The notes: generated by a model not told the origin, from the sequence alone. A stretch of DNA of 64,000 nucleotides from Longimicrobiales bacterium (GCA_965226375.1 CBDDCX010000006.1:608001-672000), one strand, 5' to 3'. Counted from the first letter of the stretch, positions 9,851-21,131 are shown. Made by a program: numbers and translations.

Positions 9851-10472
9851 ATGCTCGAAGGCATCACTTGGTTCAGGCAATCATCGGTTCGGATGCGCCG
9901 AGGCGGGATCGAGATGCACATAGACCCCTGGGGGGATATCCGAGGATAGCAGTGCGGACTACATCCTCCTTACACATCCCCACTTCGACAACTTCTCCGA
10001 AGACGACATCGCTCGGGTAAGAGGATCCGAAACCATTGTCATTGCGCCCGCGTCGATGCGGAAGCAGCTCGCCGACGTGGACCACCTCATGCGGCCGGGC
10101 GATATGGTCCACCTGGACGGCATCGAGATCCTGGCGGTTCCAGCCTACAACCGTGGCAAGAAGTTTCACCCCGCCGAGAACGCCTGGCTCGGATACGTGT
10201 TCACGCTGGACGGAATCACGTATTACCACTCCGGAGACACGGACTATCTCGACGCTATGAAGCAGATCCGCTGTGACGTGGCGTTCCTGCCCTGTGAAGG
10301 CCACTACACCATGGGCCCGGAGGACGCGGCCCGGGCCGCCCAGGCGTGCAAGGCGGAACTCGTGATTCCGATTCACTGGGGGGGGCCAGTCGGCACCCGA
10401 GAAGATGCGGAGCGCCTCAAGGAGCTCTTCACTGGAGAAGTTGAAATCCTCGAGCCGGGTATGCCGAGCTGA
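9851..10472 (+). pseudogene. MBL-fold metallo-hydrolase, +1 frameshift in a G6 run (9930-9935)
   Basis: MLEGITWFRQSSVRM...IDPWG continues, after removing one G, as ISEDSSADYILLTHPHFDNFS into the 10056..10472 ORF (YHSGDTD, IPIHWG). May be an assembly error. Confidence 0.85.
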
Positions 10473-10518
10473 GCGATCAGACCCTTCTGACCTATGTCAT
10501 GATCAAGGAGAGAATCAT

Positions 10519-12186
10519 ATGTCCCATGCCAGATACGTTTTCGGCTGGGAGCTCATCGCGGCCCTGGTCCTGGCAAGTGCGGCGAGCGCACAAGTGAGCC
10601 CGAGTAGCTTGGCGGGTAGATCCACTGTCTATGCCCCGACTGCGGCCGTCGCCACGAGTCAGCCACTGGCCAGCGGCGCCGGGCTCGAGATTCTCCAGAA
10701 AGGTGGGAACGCCGTCGACGCGGCCGTAGCGGCGGCGGCCGTCCTCAACCTGACCGAGCCCCACATGACCGGAATCGGCGGAGACATGTTCGCCATCCTT
10801 TGGTCCGCGCGGGATCAGGAGCTCGTAGGCCTGGACGCCAGCGGAAGATCCGGCTCGCTGCTCACACCCGAGACCCTCCGCTCCAAGGGGCACGAGGACA
10901 TGCCCGGGAGCGGGGCAGAGGCCGTCACGGTGCCGGGAGCCATCTCAGGATGGGCCGCGCTCCTGGACCGATACGGTACCATGTCCCTGGCCGAGGTGCT
11001 GGCCCCGGCGATTCGGATGGCCGAAGAGGGCTTTCCGGTAACTCCGATCATCGCGGCTCAATGGCGTACACAGTACGAGAAACTCGCACGCGACGAAGGG
11101 GCGAAAGCCACATTCCTCTACGACGGGGAGCGAGGACCGGAGGCCGGTGAGTGGTTCCGTAATCCCGACCTTGCGAACAGCCTTCGCATGCTCGCCGACC
11201 AGGGCCCGGGCGCCTTCTACGGCGGTGAGCTGGGACGCACCGTCGTCGATGGTCTGGCGAACCTCGGTGGCTACCTGACCATCGACGACCTTCGGGACCA
11301 CGAGCCGGTCTGGGTCGATCCCATCTCGGTCGATTTCCGCGGGTACAGGATTTGGGAGCTTCCCCCGGCAGGGCAGGGCGTCGCCGCCCTTCAGATGATG
11401 AAAATGCTGGAGCCCCTCGACCTCGAGGGCATGGGTCACAACTCCGCCGCCTATCTCCACCACCTCATCGAGGCCAAGAAGCTCGCCTTTGCCGATCTGA
11501 GTCGGTATGTAGCGGACCGGGACTTCATGCAGGTCTCGGTCGACCGGCTGCTCGACGAAGACTATCTCGCCGCCCGCGGCGCACTCATTGATCCCGACCG
11601 GGCCGTGGAGCGGGTGCAGCCCGGTGCTGCGGTCACCGACACCGAGACCATCTACCTGTCGGTCGCCGACTCCGACGGAAACATGATCTCGTTCATCAAC
11701 AGCATCTTCGACTACTTCGGCTCGGGGGTCGTCATCCCCGGCACCGGCTTCATTCTTCAAAACCGGGGCGCCGGCTTCACGCTGGAAGATGGGCACCCCA
11801 ACCAGGCCGGTCCCGGCAAGCGCCCCTTCCACACGCTGATTCCTGGTTTCGTTACCAAGGATGGCGCTCCCTGGATGACCTTCGGCCTCATGGGCGGATC
11901 CATGCAGCCACAGGGTCACACCCAGATGTTGCTCAACATCCTGGTGTTCGGGATGGACCTTCAAGACGCGATCGATGCTCCACGCTTCCGCCATCTGTCC
12001 GGGTACTCCGTCGCGATCGAGGACCCGATTCGTGACGATGTCAGGGCCGGACTGGAGGCGCTGGGCCACGAGCTCACGGTGCAGGGCCCCGGGAGCTTCG
12101 GCGGCGCCCAGGCGATCATCAAGCTCGACCGGGGGTGGGCTGCCGCCTCCGATCCGAGAAAGGACGGAATGGCCGTCGGCCGCTGA
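10519..12186 (+). CDS. ggt: gamma-glutamyltransferase
   Basis: Signal peptide, GGNAVDAAVA, TETIYLSVAD (Thr nucleophile), PGKRPFHTLIP, GGSMQPQG, SDPRKDG; AGGAG RBS. Confidence 0.93.
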   Translation: MSHARYVFGWELIAALVLASAASAQVSPSSLAGRSTVYAPTAAVATSQPLASGAGLEILQKGGNAVDAAVAAAAVLNLTEPHMTGIGGDMFAILWSARDQELVGLDASGRSGSLLTPETLRSKGHEDMPGSGAEAVTVPGAISGWAALLDRYGTMSLAEVLAPAIRMAEEGFPVTPIIAAQWRTQYEKLARDEGAKATFLYDGERGPEAGEWFRNPDLANSLRMLADQGPGAFYGGELGRTVVDGLANLGGYLTIDDLRDHEPVWVDPISVDFRGYRIWELPPAGQGVAALQMMKMLEPLDLEGMGHNSAAYLHHLIEAKKLAFADLSRYVADRDFMQVSVDRLLDEDYLAARGALIDPDRAVERVQPGAAVTDTETIYLSVADSDGNMISFINSIFDYFGSGVVIPGTGFILQNRGAGFTLEDGHPNQAGPGKRPFHTLIPGFVTKDGAPWMTFGLMGGSMQPQGHTQMLLNILVFGMDLQDAIDAPRFRHLSGYSVAIEDPIRDDVRAGLEALGHELTVQGPGSFGGAQAIIKLDRGWAAASDPRKDGMAVGR

Positions 12187-12201
12187 TCGCGAGCCCTCAA
12201 C

Positions 12202-13062
12202 ATGGACGAGTCTGAGTTCATAGTCTCGGAGGATCATCTGCCGAAGGGAATCGCCGAGCGAATCGACGATCCCCCTTCAAGCCCGGCTCTTCCTCGCCCC
12301 GCAGCCACCGTCGTTCTCATGCGAGACGCGGCGGAGGGTGTCCAGGTCTTGCTCTTGAAGCGCGTTCACAGCGCAGGTTTCGTCCCCGGGGCGTATGTCT
12401 TTCCCGGTGGACGGGTCGACAGGGACGATGCGGATCCGGACGTCTTGAGCCGCTCGGTGAGCCTAGACGCGGACGTGGCGGCAGAACGAATGAAGCTCCT
12501 CGACGCGGACCCCCCGGCGGTCGCCTACTACCTGGCAGCGCTGCGAGAGGCGTTCGAGGAGACCGGCATCCTCGTCGGCCGGGGCGCCGACGGCGAGCCC
12601 TTACCCACCGCCGCCGCCGCTTCGAACGTGCTCGAGGTCCGAGACCGGCTCTTGGGTGAGTCCTGCTCGTTCGCTCAGGCGCTCGAAGATCTCGGCGCCC
12701 TTATCGACGACACGGCCATGGAGTACGTCGGCCACTGGATTACACCGATAGCCGAGCCCCGACGTTACGATGCGCGCTTCTTTGCCGCGGTGGTCCCACC
12801 GGAGTCGGAGCCCGCCATCCACACCGCCGAGATGTTGGATGCGATTTGGATTACCCCTGCGGCGGCGCTGGAGAGGACCCGAGAAGGATCACTTCCGATG
12901 GTGTTCCCCACCATCAAGACGCTGGAGTCCATGGTGGACTTCGACACTGCCTCGGAGATCCTGAGGCACCACCGTGAACGCCCGATCCCCAGCGTGCTCC
13001 CACGGCTGATTCGGACGGCGGACGGGATCATCATCAGGCTCCCGGAGATCATTTCGGACTGA
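12202..13062 (+). CDS. NUDIX hydrolase (NUDT19-like)
   Basis: PAATVVLMRD, YVFPGGRVD, ALREAFEETGI, HWITP, RRYDARFF. Confidence 0.88.
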   Translation: MDESEFIVSEDHLPKGIAERIDDPPSSPALPRPAATVVLMRDAAEGVQVLLLKRVHSAGFVPGAYVFPGGRVDRDDADPDVLSRSVSLDADVAAERMKLLDADPPAVAYYLAALREAFEETGILVGRGADGEPLPTAAAASNVLEVRDRLLGESCSFAQALEDLGALIDDTAMEYVGHWITPIAEPRRYDARFFAAVVPPESEPAIHTAEMLDAIWITPAAALERTREGSLPMVFPTIKTLESMVDFDTASEILRHHRERPIPSVLPRLIRTADGIIIRLPEIISD

Positions 13063-13119
13063 ACCGGCTTGGAGGTCCTTCGGCCGACAAGATTCCCACG
13101 GGTCGCGCGCTGGCCACTA

Positions 13120-13827
13120 CTATCCGGGTAGATCATCGCTTCTCAAGCCAGACCCTAGATGTTCGAGCGCTTCGGACCAATGTAGCAATTCTCGCCCCCC
13201 TTTTGGTGAAAGCGCATAGTGGCCCCTCTTCACGCGATCAAACCACCCGTAGTGGTTGTCTCGCAGAATCGGTCCGGCCCGGGCCACCCCGGTACGCTCT
13301 CTTAGGATGCTGACCTTGAGAACCCCCTCATCCGCGAGCTGGCCTGCGCATCGCAGCGCGTCTTGGCGGTATGCTGTGAGTCGTCGCCGAGAGGATGAGC
13401 CCCCCTGCTCAGGATCGCCGACCCGTTCCGAGAACTCCCTGAGCAGACGCTCCCGGCGGCCAACCTGTGTTCTGGGCCGATAGGGCGCAGGGTCCAGCAC
13501 AGCAGAGACATGTCCGCGCGCAGAGACCGTAAGGAGGCCCAGACCTAGGCGGCGAAGAAGGCCCGTCACCTGCCTCCTGCGGGTGCGCCAGGAGGCGCTG
13601 TGGCCCTTTCCGACACGAAATGCCACGTAGACCGTGTCAGAAAATGCGAGCCGGTCGACTGCCTGAAGTATGAGCGCCAGACTCAGTCGTTCTTTCAGCT
13701 CGACTACGACCGGCCCTTCATCATCTCGTACCGCCATTACGTCGCACGCCCCGATCTCTCCCTTCACCACATAGCCCTGTGCTTCCAAGAACAACTTGAT
13801 CGGACCGTAGAGCTCGGCTTCAGGCAT
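13120..13827 (-). CDS. DUF2161-family putative PD-(D/E)XK protein
   Basis: EAELYGPIKLFLEAQGYVVKGE, VVVELK, LTAYRQDAL, ILRDNHYGWF. Confidence 0.8.
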   Translation of the reverse strand: MPEAELYGPIKLFLEAQGYVVKGEIGACDVMAVRDDEGPVVVELKERLSLALILQAVDRLAFSDTVYVAFRVGKGHSASWRTRRRQVTGLLRRLGLGLLTVSARGHVSAVLDPAPYRPRTQVGRRERLLREFSERVGDPEQGGSSSRRRLTAYRQDALRCAGQLADEGVLKVSILRERTGVARAGPILRDNHYGWFDRVKRGHYALSPKGGRELLHWSEALEHLGSGLRSDDLPG

Positions 13828-14168
13828 TCGCGACCATCGGGGGAATTCGCTCCTCTAGCTTCTCCGGCACATCGATCCGCCCGTGCGATCTACAGATAAT
13901 TCTACCTAGACGCTTGTCGTCACCCGACGTAGCAGACCCGAAGCACTCGCCTTGCGGCTCGCCCTTCTGGTCACCATGCTGGCCGCGCAGAAGAATCGCA
14001 ATGCGTAAGTACGCAGCTCGCGATGAGTCGGGGGGCGAACCCACTCGACGCGTTTCGCCATTCCCATGTTCCCGGTCTCTGCGTGTCGATCAACTTGTGC
14101 CCACTCCGCGGGATGGGCGGGCGCGAGGGAATCTCGGACGGAAGGCACTGGATGCTGACCCCAAGCGA

Positions 14169-15857
14169 TTACATCCGTCTGTAGGCCGGGCCACTCCCCC
14201 CCTCGCGCGGCATCCACCGGGGACCGAGTACGTCGGTAGCCTTGCAGTCGACGCAGTTCGGAGCGTCCACACGTAGCTCTTTGCCATCCCGCTCGTAGAC
14301 GCCCGCCGGGCACATGTGCACATACATCTCGGCTACCTCCGGATCGATCGCCGGTCCGACGATCAAGTGGCTGGGCAGGTCGTCGCGGGTCTGGTTTCCC
14401 GCCTTATAGACCGCATCCACCTTGCTGAACGTGAGCTTTCCGTCGGGTGCGACCGACGGACCTCCGTCGCCGAGAACACGGGCTTCCCCGACGTCTTCGG
14501 CAACCTGAATCCGACCACCCAGAAGCGCTCCTCTCGAGACAGTCATGAGGCCGGCCCGGATCGAGCCACCCACAAAACCCTTCTTGAAGGCGAGGCGGAT
14601 ATTCCTCGTCTTGCGCAGGTCCTTCATGATATAGCTGGCGTCGATCGAGTCGGTGTAAGAGCGGAGTCCCCTTTCCGACACGTCCCCCTCTTTGAGCGCC
14701 TTGAAGATGGTCCGGGCGGCCAGAATGCCCGAGTGCATGGCGTAGTGGATTCCCTTCAGGGACGGGACATCGACGAAACCCGCGGAGTCGCCAACGATAC
14801 AAACGCCTGCGCCATGTCGCTGCGACGGCACTGAGAAGTACCCACCTTCGGGAATGGTCTTCGCGCCCCACTCCACCATCTCGCCACCCTCCAGATAGGG
14901 TTTGAAGAGCGGATGAAGCTTCATGCGCTGAAGGACCTGGTGCACGTCGAAGCGGGCGTCTCGATAGTCGAGACCGACGACCAGCCCCAGCGCGATCAGG
15001 TTGTCCTCCAGGGGATACATGAAGCTGCCCCCGAAAGCGTCGCTGGGGAGCGGCCAGCCCATGGTGTGGATCACCCGCTCGAGGGGCTTCTTCGTCTCCC
15101 ACAGCTCCTTTACCCCAAGAGCGTAGATCTGGGGATTCTCGGACCCGATCCCCTGCCACTGAAGAAAGGCCTGGGTCAGGGGCCCCCGAGTGCCCTCCGC
15201 GAGCACCGTGACCTGAGCGGTCAGGTCCATCGGCGGCATGTAATCGCTGCCCCCCGGCTGGCCGTCACGGTCCAAACCAGAGGCGGTGGTGCGCACACCG
15301 ATGACCTGATTACCGTCGCCCTCCACGAGTAACCCGCCCACGGCGAAGCCGGGAAAGACGTTGATCCCCAACCCCTCGGCCTTTTCCCCCAGCCAGCGTA
15401 CGATTTCACAGATCGACGCCATGTAGTTGCCGTGGTTCTTCATCGTCGGGGGGGTCGGTACCCGCACGGACCTGTGCTCCGTGAGAAAGTAGACGGCCTC
15501 GCCGGTGACCGGTCCCCGGAGGGGAAGGTCGGCCACGTCCAACTCGGGGAAGAGCTCCCGGAAGGCGCTCGGGTTGACCACGGCACCCGAGAGCGAGTGC
15601 TCTCCGAGCTGACCCGCCTTCTCCAGAACTCCGATCTCGACATCGCCGAGTGCGCCGCCGTCTTCGTTGTCCTTCGCCACGAGACGGGCCAACTCTATGG
15701 CCCCCGCGAGCCCCGCCGGCCCTCCACCGACGAAGATGACGTCCATGGGCACTGCCTCTTCATCGGGCTGTTCCCGCAGGATCATGTCCTCCATGGGCAG
15801 CGGCGGCTGGTACTTCGCCGGCCTTACCGGCCCCTTGAGCTGGTCTTGATGGGACAT
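14169..15857 (-). CDS. electron transfer flavoprotein-quinone oxidoreductase
   Basis: VGGGPAGL FAD motif, SLSGAV, AKTIPEGG, KGIHYAM, C-terminal CPAGVYE and CVDCKATD Fe-S motifs. Confidence 0.92.
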   Translation of the reverse strand: MSHQDQLKGPVRPAKYQPPLPMEDMILREQPDEEAVPMDVIFVGGGPAGLAGAIELARLVAKDNEDGGALGDVEIGVLEKAGQLGEHSLSGAVVNPSAFRELFPELDVADLPLRGPVTGEAVYFLTEHRSVRVPTPPTMKNHGNYMASICEIVRWLGEKAEGLGINVFPGFAVGGLLVEGDGNQVIGVRTTASGLDRDGQPGGSDYMPPMDLTAQVTVLAEGTRGPLTQAFLQWQGIGSENPQIYALGVKELWETKKPLERVIHTMGWPLPSDAFGGSFMYPLEDNLIALGLVVGLDYRDARFDVHQVLQRMKLHPLFKPYLEGGEMVEWGAKTIPEGGYFSVPSQRHGAGVCIVGDSAGFVDVPSLKGIHYAMHSGILAARTIFKALKEGDVSERGLRSYTDSIDASYIMKDLRKTRNIRLAFKKGFVGGSIRAGLMTVSRGALLGGRIQVAEDVGEARVLGDGGPSVAPDGKLTFSKVDAVYKAGNQTRDDLPSHLIVGPAIDPEVAEMYVHMCPAGVYERDGKELRVDAPNCVDCKATDVLGPRWMPREGGSGPAYRRM

Positions 15858-16009
15858 GGTGGCTCCTTCTATCGGTCTGGCCGCCCAGGCTCGAACAACC
15901 GTCGTTGGCTCGGGATCCGTTGAATCGACCCAGTGTATGCTAACCGCTCACGTCGGCGCCTCAACCCGCGTCCTCCGTCGCACAACCTTATCCAGGACGG
16001 GAATCTGGT

Positions 16010-17479
16010 ATGACACCAAGTAGACCCCGCACCGTCGGAGAGCTGAAGGCGACGGGCTACGAGCCCCGGAGCGTGAAGGATGAACTGAGACGTAACCTGA
16101 TCGCGAAGCTCCAGTCGGGAGAGACGCTCTTCCCCGGCATCGTCGGATTCGACGACAGTGTGATCCCCCAGATCGTCAACGCTGTTCTGGCTCGGCACGA
16201 CTTCATTCTCCTGGGACTCAGAGGTCAGGCCAAGAGCCGAATCCTCAGACAGTTGGTGGAGCTCCTCGACGACGAGATGCCCATTCTGGAGGGGAGTGAG
16301 ATCAACGACGATCCCCTGCAACCGATCTCCAAGTACGCTCGCATGCTACTCGAGTCCGAGGGCGACAGCGCGCCGGTCTCGTGGGTCACCCGTGACCACC
16401 GCTTCGTGGAGAAGCTCGCCACTCCCGACGTGACCATCGGTGACATCATCGGAGACGTGGATCCCATCAAGGCCGCCCGGGGCGGTCACATCCTGGCCGA
16501 CGAACTGACCATTCACTACGGGCTGCTACCCAGGGCCAACCGCGGGATCTTCGCGGTGAACGAACTGCCTGATCTGGCCGGAAAAATCCAGGTGGGGCTC
16601 TTCAACATCCTCCAGGAGGGGGACGTGCAGGTGAAGGGCTACCCGATTCGCCTGCCTCTGGACGTATTCCTGGTCTTCACCGCCAACCCGGAAGACTACA
16701 CGGCCCGGGGAAAGATCATCACACCCCTGAAGGACCGCATCGGAGCGGAGATCAGCACGCACTATCCCACCGATGTGTCGGTCGGCATGGACATCACCCG
16801 TCAGGAGGCCTGGGTCGACCGTGATTGCGTCGATATCGAGGTCCCGGACTTTCTCGCCGAGGTCGTGGAGCGTATCGCCTTCCTCGGACGGGGAGACAAG
16901 CGTATCGACCAGCGCTCCGGCGTCAGCCAGCGTATGCCGATTACGGCCCTGGAGAGTGTGGTCTCTTCCGCGGAGCGGCGTGCCCTCACGCTGAAGGAGG
17001 AGAAGGCAGTTCCACGTCTCAGCGACATCTACGGATCCCTTCCGGCCATCACGGGGAAAATCGAACTCGAGTACGAGGGTGAGCTGCACGGCTCGGACCG
17101 TATAGCTCGAGAGCTGATCAGCGCTGCGGCCAACGAAGTTTTCCAGACGCGTGCCGGAGGCGCGGACGTCGACGAGATCGTCGAGTACTTCGAGATGGGC
17201 GGCGCACTCCAGGTGGGTGCCGACAGCTCGGCCGAGGCGTGCGTCAAGGGCTTCGAGGTGGTGCCCGGACTCCTCCACCTGGTGGAGCACGTAGGGCTGG
17301 CGCCCAAGTCGTCGTCTGACGGATGCCGGGTCGGAGCCTGTGAACTCGTCCTCGAAGCGCTGGTCGCGGAGAAGCGGATCAGCCGCTCGACCAGTGGGGG
17401 GTACGCTCGGGCTCGCCAGGATCCCTCTCCCGGAAAGGGCTACAAGGGCTTCGATCCGTTTGGGGGCATCAACGCCTAG
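16010..17479 (+). CDS. magnesium-chelatase-like AAA+ ATPase
   Basis: GLRGQAKSR Walker A variant, EKLATPD, RANRGIFAVNELPDL, TANPEDYTARG. Confidence 0.88.
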   Translation: MTPSRPRTVGELKATGYEPRSVKDELRRNLIAKLQSGETLFPGIVGFDDSVIPQIVNAVLARHDFILLGLRGQAKSRILRQLVELLDDEMPILEGSEINDDPLQPISKYARMLLESEGDSAPVSWVTRDHRFVEKLATPDVTIGDIIGDVDPIKAARGGHILADELTIHYGLLPRANRGIFAVNELPDLAGKIQVGLFNILQEGDVQVKGYPIRLPLDVFLVFTANPEDYTARGKIITPLKDRIGAEISTHYPTDVSVGMDITRQEAWVDRDCVDIEVPDFLAEVVERIAFLGRGDKRIDQRSGVSQRMPITALESVVSSAERRALTLKEEKAVPRLSDIYGSLPAITGKIELEYEGELHGSDRIARELISAAANEVFQTRAGGADVDEIVEYFEMGGALQVGADSSAEACVKGFEVVPGLLHLVEHVGLAPKSSSDGCRVGACELVLEALVAEKRISRSTSGGYARARQDPSPGKGYKGFDPFGGINA

Positions 17480-17495
17480 CGCGCTTCCTGTGCAG

Positions 17496-18635
17496 CTACC
17501 CCGACAAGGCAAGCTCGGCCGGGGCGGGCTCGCCCAGTTCGGAGAGCGCCTGCGCGAGAATCTTCTGTTGCGCCACTGGTAGCGGTAGGGCCGACAACCG
17601 GTCGGGCGCCCCCCAACGCCAGGGGCAAGCCGTGGCCCCGACGGCTGAGGCTCTCATCTTCCGACCAGCCGGGCCCTTTCCACCGGCCGTCACGAGCAAG
17701 GGTCGGTACTCGGCCCTCAAATGGCTGAAGACATGCATCACAGGCTGCAGCGGTCTCCAGGCCAGTACTCCCTCCGGCAACTCCACGCGCAGAGCCTCGG
17801 CCACCCCGCGACAAGCCTCCTCCAAGTCCTCGCCTGCGGTGACCTCCACTGACGGGAATTCCCAGAGCCCGCCGAGAAGGCCCTTCGACGGCCGCCGCGT
17901 CAGAAGGAGCTCTCCAGAACTTCGTGCCGCTACCAGCACAGCGAAGGAGGCCTCTCTCATTCGAGGTCGTCGTTTCGGCACGGGCCTCAGCTCTTGCGTC
18001 CCGGACGCCCGCGCTCGGCAATGCGCCGCCACCGGGCACTCGCCGCATTGTGGCGAGCGGGGCAGGCAGATCGTCGCGCCCAGCTCCATGATCGCCTGGT
18101 TCCAGTCGCCTGGCCGACGCGTCTCGAGAATCGCGTTGGCCCGTTTTCGAAGCTCGGCCGGCGAGGGCTCGGCGAGATCGAAGAGGCGGGAGATGACACG
18201 CCGGGCGTGACCGTCTACGGCAGGAATCGCCTCACCGTAACAAATGCTGGCGATAGCGCCCGCGCTGTACTCGCCGATGCCCGGCAACTCCCGTAGGCGC
18301 TCGGCATCGCCTGGGATCACTCCATTCAACCGCTCCCTGACGATGCGAGCGGAGCGGTGGAGGTGCCGAGCCCGCGAGTAGTATCCCAGCCCTTCCCACG
18401 TCTTGAGCACGTCCTCCTCGTCCGCTTCGGCCAACTCGGTCACGGACGGGAAACGGTCCATCCAGCGCAGGTAGTAAGGGGCGGCGGTCTCCACGCGCGT
18501 CTGCTGGAGCATGATCTCCGAGACCCACACTCCGTACGGCTCTGTACTGGCCCTCCACGGCAAGGCGCGTCGGTGAGCGTCGAAGTGCTCGAGCAGCTCA
18601 CAGCGCATGGATTCCAGGTCGGGCATCGTGCTCAT
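17496..18635 (-). CDS. mutY: A/G-specific adenine glycosylase
   Basis: WVSEIMLQQT, WEGLGYYSRA, LPGIGEYSAGA HhH, VDGH, CLPRSPQCGECPVAAHC, LGGLWEFP. Confidence 0.96.
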   Translation of the reverse strand: MSTMPDLESMRCELLEHFDAHRRALPWRASTEPYGVWVSEIMLQQTRVETAAPYYLRWMDRFPSVTELAEADEEDVLKTWEGLGYYSRARHLHRSARIVRERLNGVIPGDAERLRELPGIGEYSAGAIASICYGEAIPAVDGHARRVISRLFDLAEPSPAELRKRANAILETRRPGDWNQAIMELGATICLPRSPQCGECPVAAHCRARASGTQELRPVPKRRPRMREASFAVLVAARSSGELLLTRRPSKGLLGGLWEFPSVEVTAGEDLEEACRGVAEALRVELPEGVLAWRPLQPVMHVFSHLRAEYRPLLVTAGGKGPAGRKMRASAVGATACPWRWGAPDRLSALPLPVAQQKILAQALSELGEPAPAELALSG

Positions 18636-18842
18636 GACGGGTAACGTAGGCGGGCCTTGGCGGGCCAGCTACGGTGATGGCCCATCCAGACGACGACTTC
18701 AGCCGAAAGGAGCCCTCCAGGAACCGACGCTCCCACCCTCCGGTATTGGATGGGTCAAACCGTCAGTCCGGTCCATTGGCCGCCTGAACCCGCCTTCACT
18801 ACTCTTGGTGTGGGTGGACAGTCTCTCTCGCCGTTGGTGATC

Positions 18843-20135
18843 ATGCGTTTCACGACCTACGCCAAGTATCGGGGCCGCTGGTTCGACGCCCTGAACCTCG
18901 AGAACCTGATGGAGTTCCTCTCGGACTTCTTGATGGACGGAGGATTCGCGGGTGGCCCCAATTACCACCCGTATTGGGGATGGTCGGGCCTCGAGGAAAC
19001 CGACTCGACGGACTCGCTCAAGAACGCGCTGCTCAAGGCGCTCATCGAGAGTGGCCAGCTCACTCCCGAGATGATCGACGAGCTCCGGGGAGAGGGCCAG
19101 GGAGACGAGGCTATCCAACAGCAGATCGCCGATCTTCTGGACGACCTCATCCAACGCATGGTGGACGAGGGATACATCACGCTGGAAAACGGAACCCCGT
19201 CCATGCCGGGGGCGGTGCAGGACGTCACCGGCTTAGGGGAGATCGACGAAGCGAAGGAGGCCGCCCAGCAGGTACAGTTCAACGTCACTCAAAAGGGGAT
19301 GGACTTCCTCGGGTACCGGGCGCTCCGCAACCTCCTTTCCGCAGTGGGTCAATCGAGCCTCGGGTCTCACGAGACTCCCCACCTAGCCACCGGCGTCGAG
19401 GCGGACGCCACGAGCAAGCCCTACGAGTTCGGCGATACGCTCAATCTCGATGTACCGGCCACGTTGAAGAACGCAATCGAGAGGGAGGGAATCGGGGTTC
19501 CGCTGAACCTCGACTATAAGGACCTCATGGTGCACCAGACCGAGTATCGCTCGTCATGCGCCACGGTGCTCATGCTGGACATCTCCCACTCGATGATTCT
19601 GTACGGCGAGGATCGCTTCACCCCTGCAAAGCGGGTGGCCTTGGCACTCTCCCACCTCATCCGAACCCAGTTCCCGGGTGACTCCTTGAACGTGGTCACC
19701 TTCGGGGACGTGGCCGAGGAGATTCCGCTCAGTCAGTTGGGCAAGGCCCAGGTGGGGCCTTTCCACACCAACACCGCCGGTGGGCTACTCTTGGCTCGCA
19801 ACATCTTGAAGGCGCAGAAGAAAGACATGCGCCAGATCATCATGATCACCGACGGAAAGCCTAGCGCCATCACCATGCCCGACGGGCAGATCTACATGAA
19901 CTCGGGTGGAATGGACCAGCACATCCTGAGGGAGACGTTCAGAGAGGTCTCCGCGTGCCGCCGATCAGGGATCCTGATCAACACGTTCATGCTAGCTCAG
20001 GATCCCTACCTGGTGCAGTTCATCCAGAAGGTGTCGGAGATCGCCCGGGGCAAGGCGTACTTCACGTCAACCCAGACGCTCGGGCAGTACATCATGATGG
20101 ACTTCCTACGGAAGAAGCGGCGCAATATCGGGTAG
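18843..20135 (+). CDS. VWA-domain protein (partner of chelatase-like ATPase)
   Basis: MIDAS motif LDISHSM, HTNT, MITDGKPS; KPYEFGDTLNLD. Confidence 0.88.
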   Translation: MRFTTYAKYRGRWFDALNLENLMEFLSDFLMDGGFAGGPNYHPYWGWSGLEETDSTDSLKNALLKALIESGQLTPEMIDELRGEGQGDEAIQQQIADLLDDLIQRMVDEGYITLENGTPSMPGAVQDVTGLGEIDEAKEAAQQVQFNVTQKGMDFLGYRALRNLLSAVGQSSLGSHETPHLATGVEADATSKPYEFGDTLNLDVPATLKNAIEREGIGVPLNLDYKDLMVHQTEYRSSCATVLMLDISHSMILYGEDRFTPAKRVALALSHLIRTQFPGDSLNVVTFGDVAEEIPLSQLGKAQVGPFHTNTAGGLLLARNILKAQKKDMRQIIMITDGKPSAITMPDGQIYMNSGGMDQHILRETFREVSACRRSGILINTFMLAQDPYLVQFIQKVSEIARGKAYFTSTQTLGQYIMMDFLRKKRRNIG

Positions 20136-20262
20136 CTGGTTGTGCCGAACTCTCGTTTTCGGCACCAAGCACCCCTACGCGCTCGGCCACTTGCCTTGCG
20201 ATCGGACCTGTGCGGCCTGTTAGCTCAGGACAATTTGTGCGGTTCGACTAGAAAGCACCCAA

Positions 20263-21131
20263 ATGACCGAAGAGCAAAGACTCACATACCACCAGGTCGA
20301 CGCATTCACCGAGACGCCTTATCAGGGTAACCCCGCCGCGGTCTGCGTGGTCGAGCAACCGTTGAGCGCTCAGGCGATGCAAGCGGTAGCCTCCGAGATG
20401 AACCTGTCCGAGACGGCCTTCGTGGAGGCGCCCGACCCGTCGGGCGCACGCAGACTACGGTGGTTCACACCCACGACCGAAGTGCCTCTGTGTGGTCATG
20501 CCACTCTGGCCAACTCGCACGTGCTCAGGTCACTGGGTCACGTCCCTCCGTACCACTTCAACTCGGCAAGCGGCTCCCTCTTCGTCCATGCCGAACCAGA
20601 TGGGGCACTCCGGCTCGACTTCCCCGCGGACGAGTGCACGGTGGTCGAGCCGCACGACAAAGTGCTGGCGGCCTTGGGTCTCACGGAGACGGCGACCTGC
20701 CTGTCGGGCACCTTCAATTACATCGTCCGGGTCGAGAGCCCGGACATCGTAGACGCACTCACGCCGAACTTCACCGCATTGGGCGCGATCGACCTTGGTG
20801 ACGACGTAATGGTCCTGTCCGTCACGGCACCGGGTGGGACCGGATCGGACGTGCCTAGCGAGGACTCTGACCACCCGGATGTCGTTTCACGCGTGTTCGC
20901 AGTGTGGGCCGGCATCGACGAAGACCCCGTGACCGGCGTGGCCCATACGGCGCTGGGACCTTACTGGACCGGCGTGCTCGAACGATCCGAGTTCACGGCC
21001 CGACAGGGCCGCGCTCGCCGGGGCCACCTACGCGTCCGCGTCGCGGGTGATCGGGTCCACCTCATCGGACACGCCGTGACTGTGGCCGAGGCACTCTCTT
21101 GCTGCCACCCGGCGAGGCCCTAAGGCCCTGA
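20263..21131 (+). CDS. PhzF-family epimerase/isomerase (probable -1 frameshift near the C-terminus)
   Basis: QVDAFT, GNPAAV, NLSETAF, LCGHATLA, EDPVTG. As written it stops at 21123; adding one G at 21090-91 restores AVTVAEGTLLLP and a stop at 21131. Confidence 0.88.

Noticed and set aside
13830..14168. Short ORFs in the 340-bp gap between DUF2161 and ETF-QO
   Set aside because: No recognisable motifs, RBS or RNA structure that I can support.
20214..20250. tRNA-like fragments GGCCTGTTAGCTCAG and GGTTCGAC
   Set aside because: Only about 12 nt apart, with no anticodon arm or acceptor pairing; not a tRNA.
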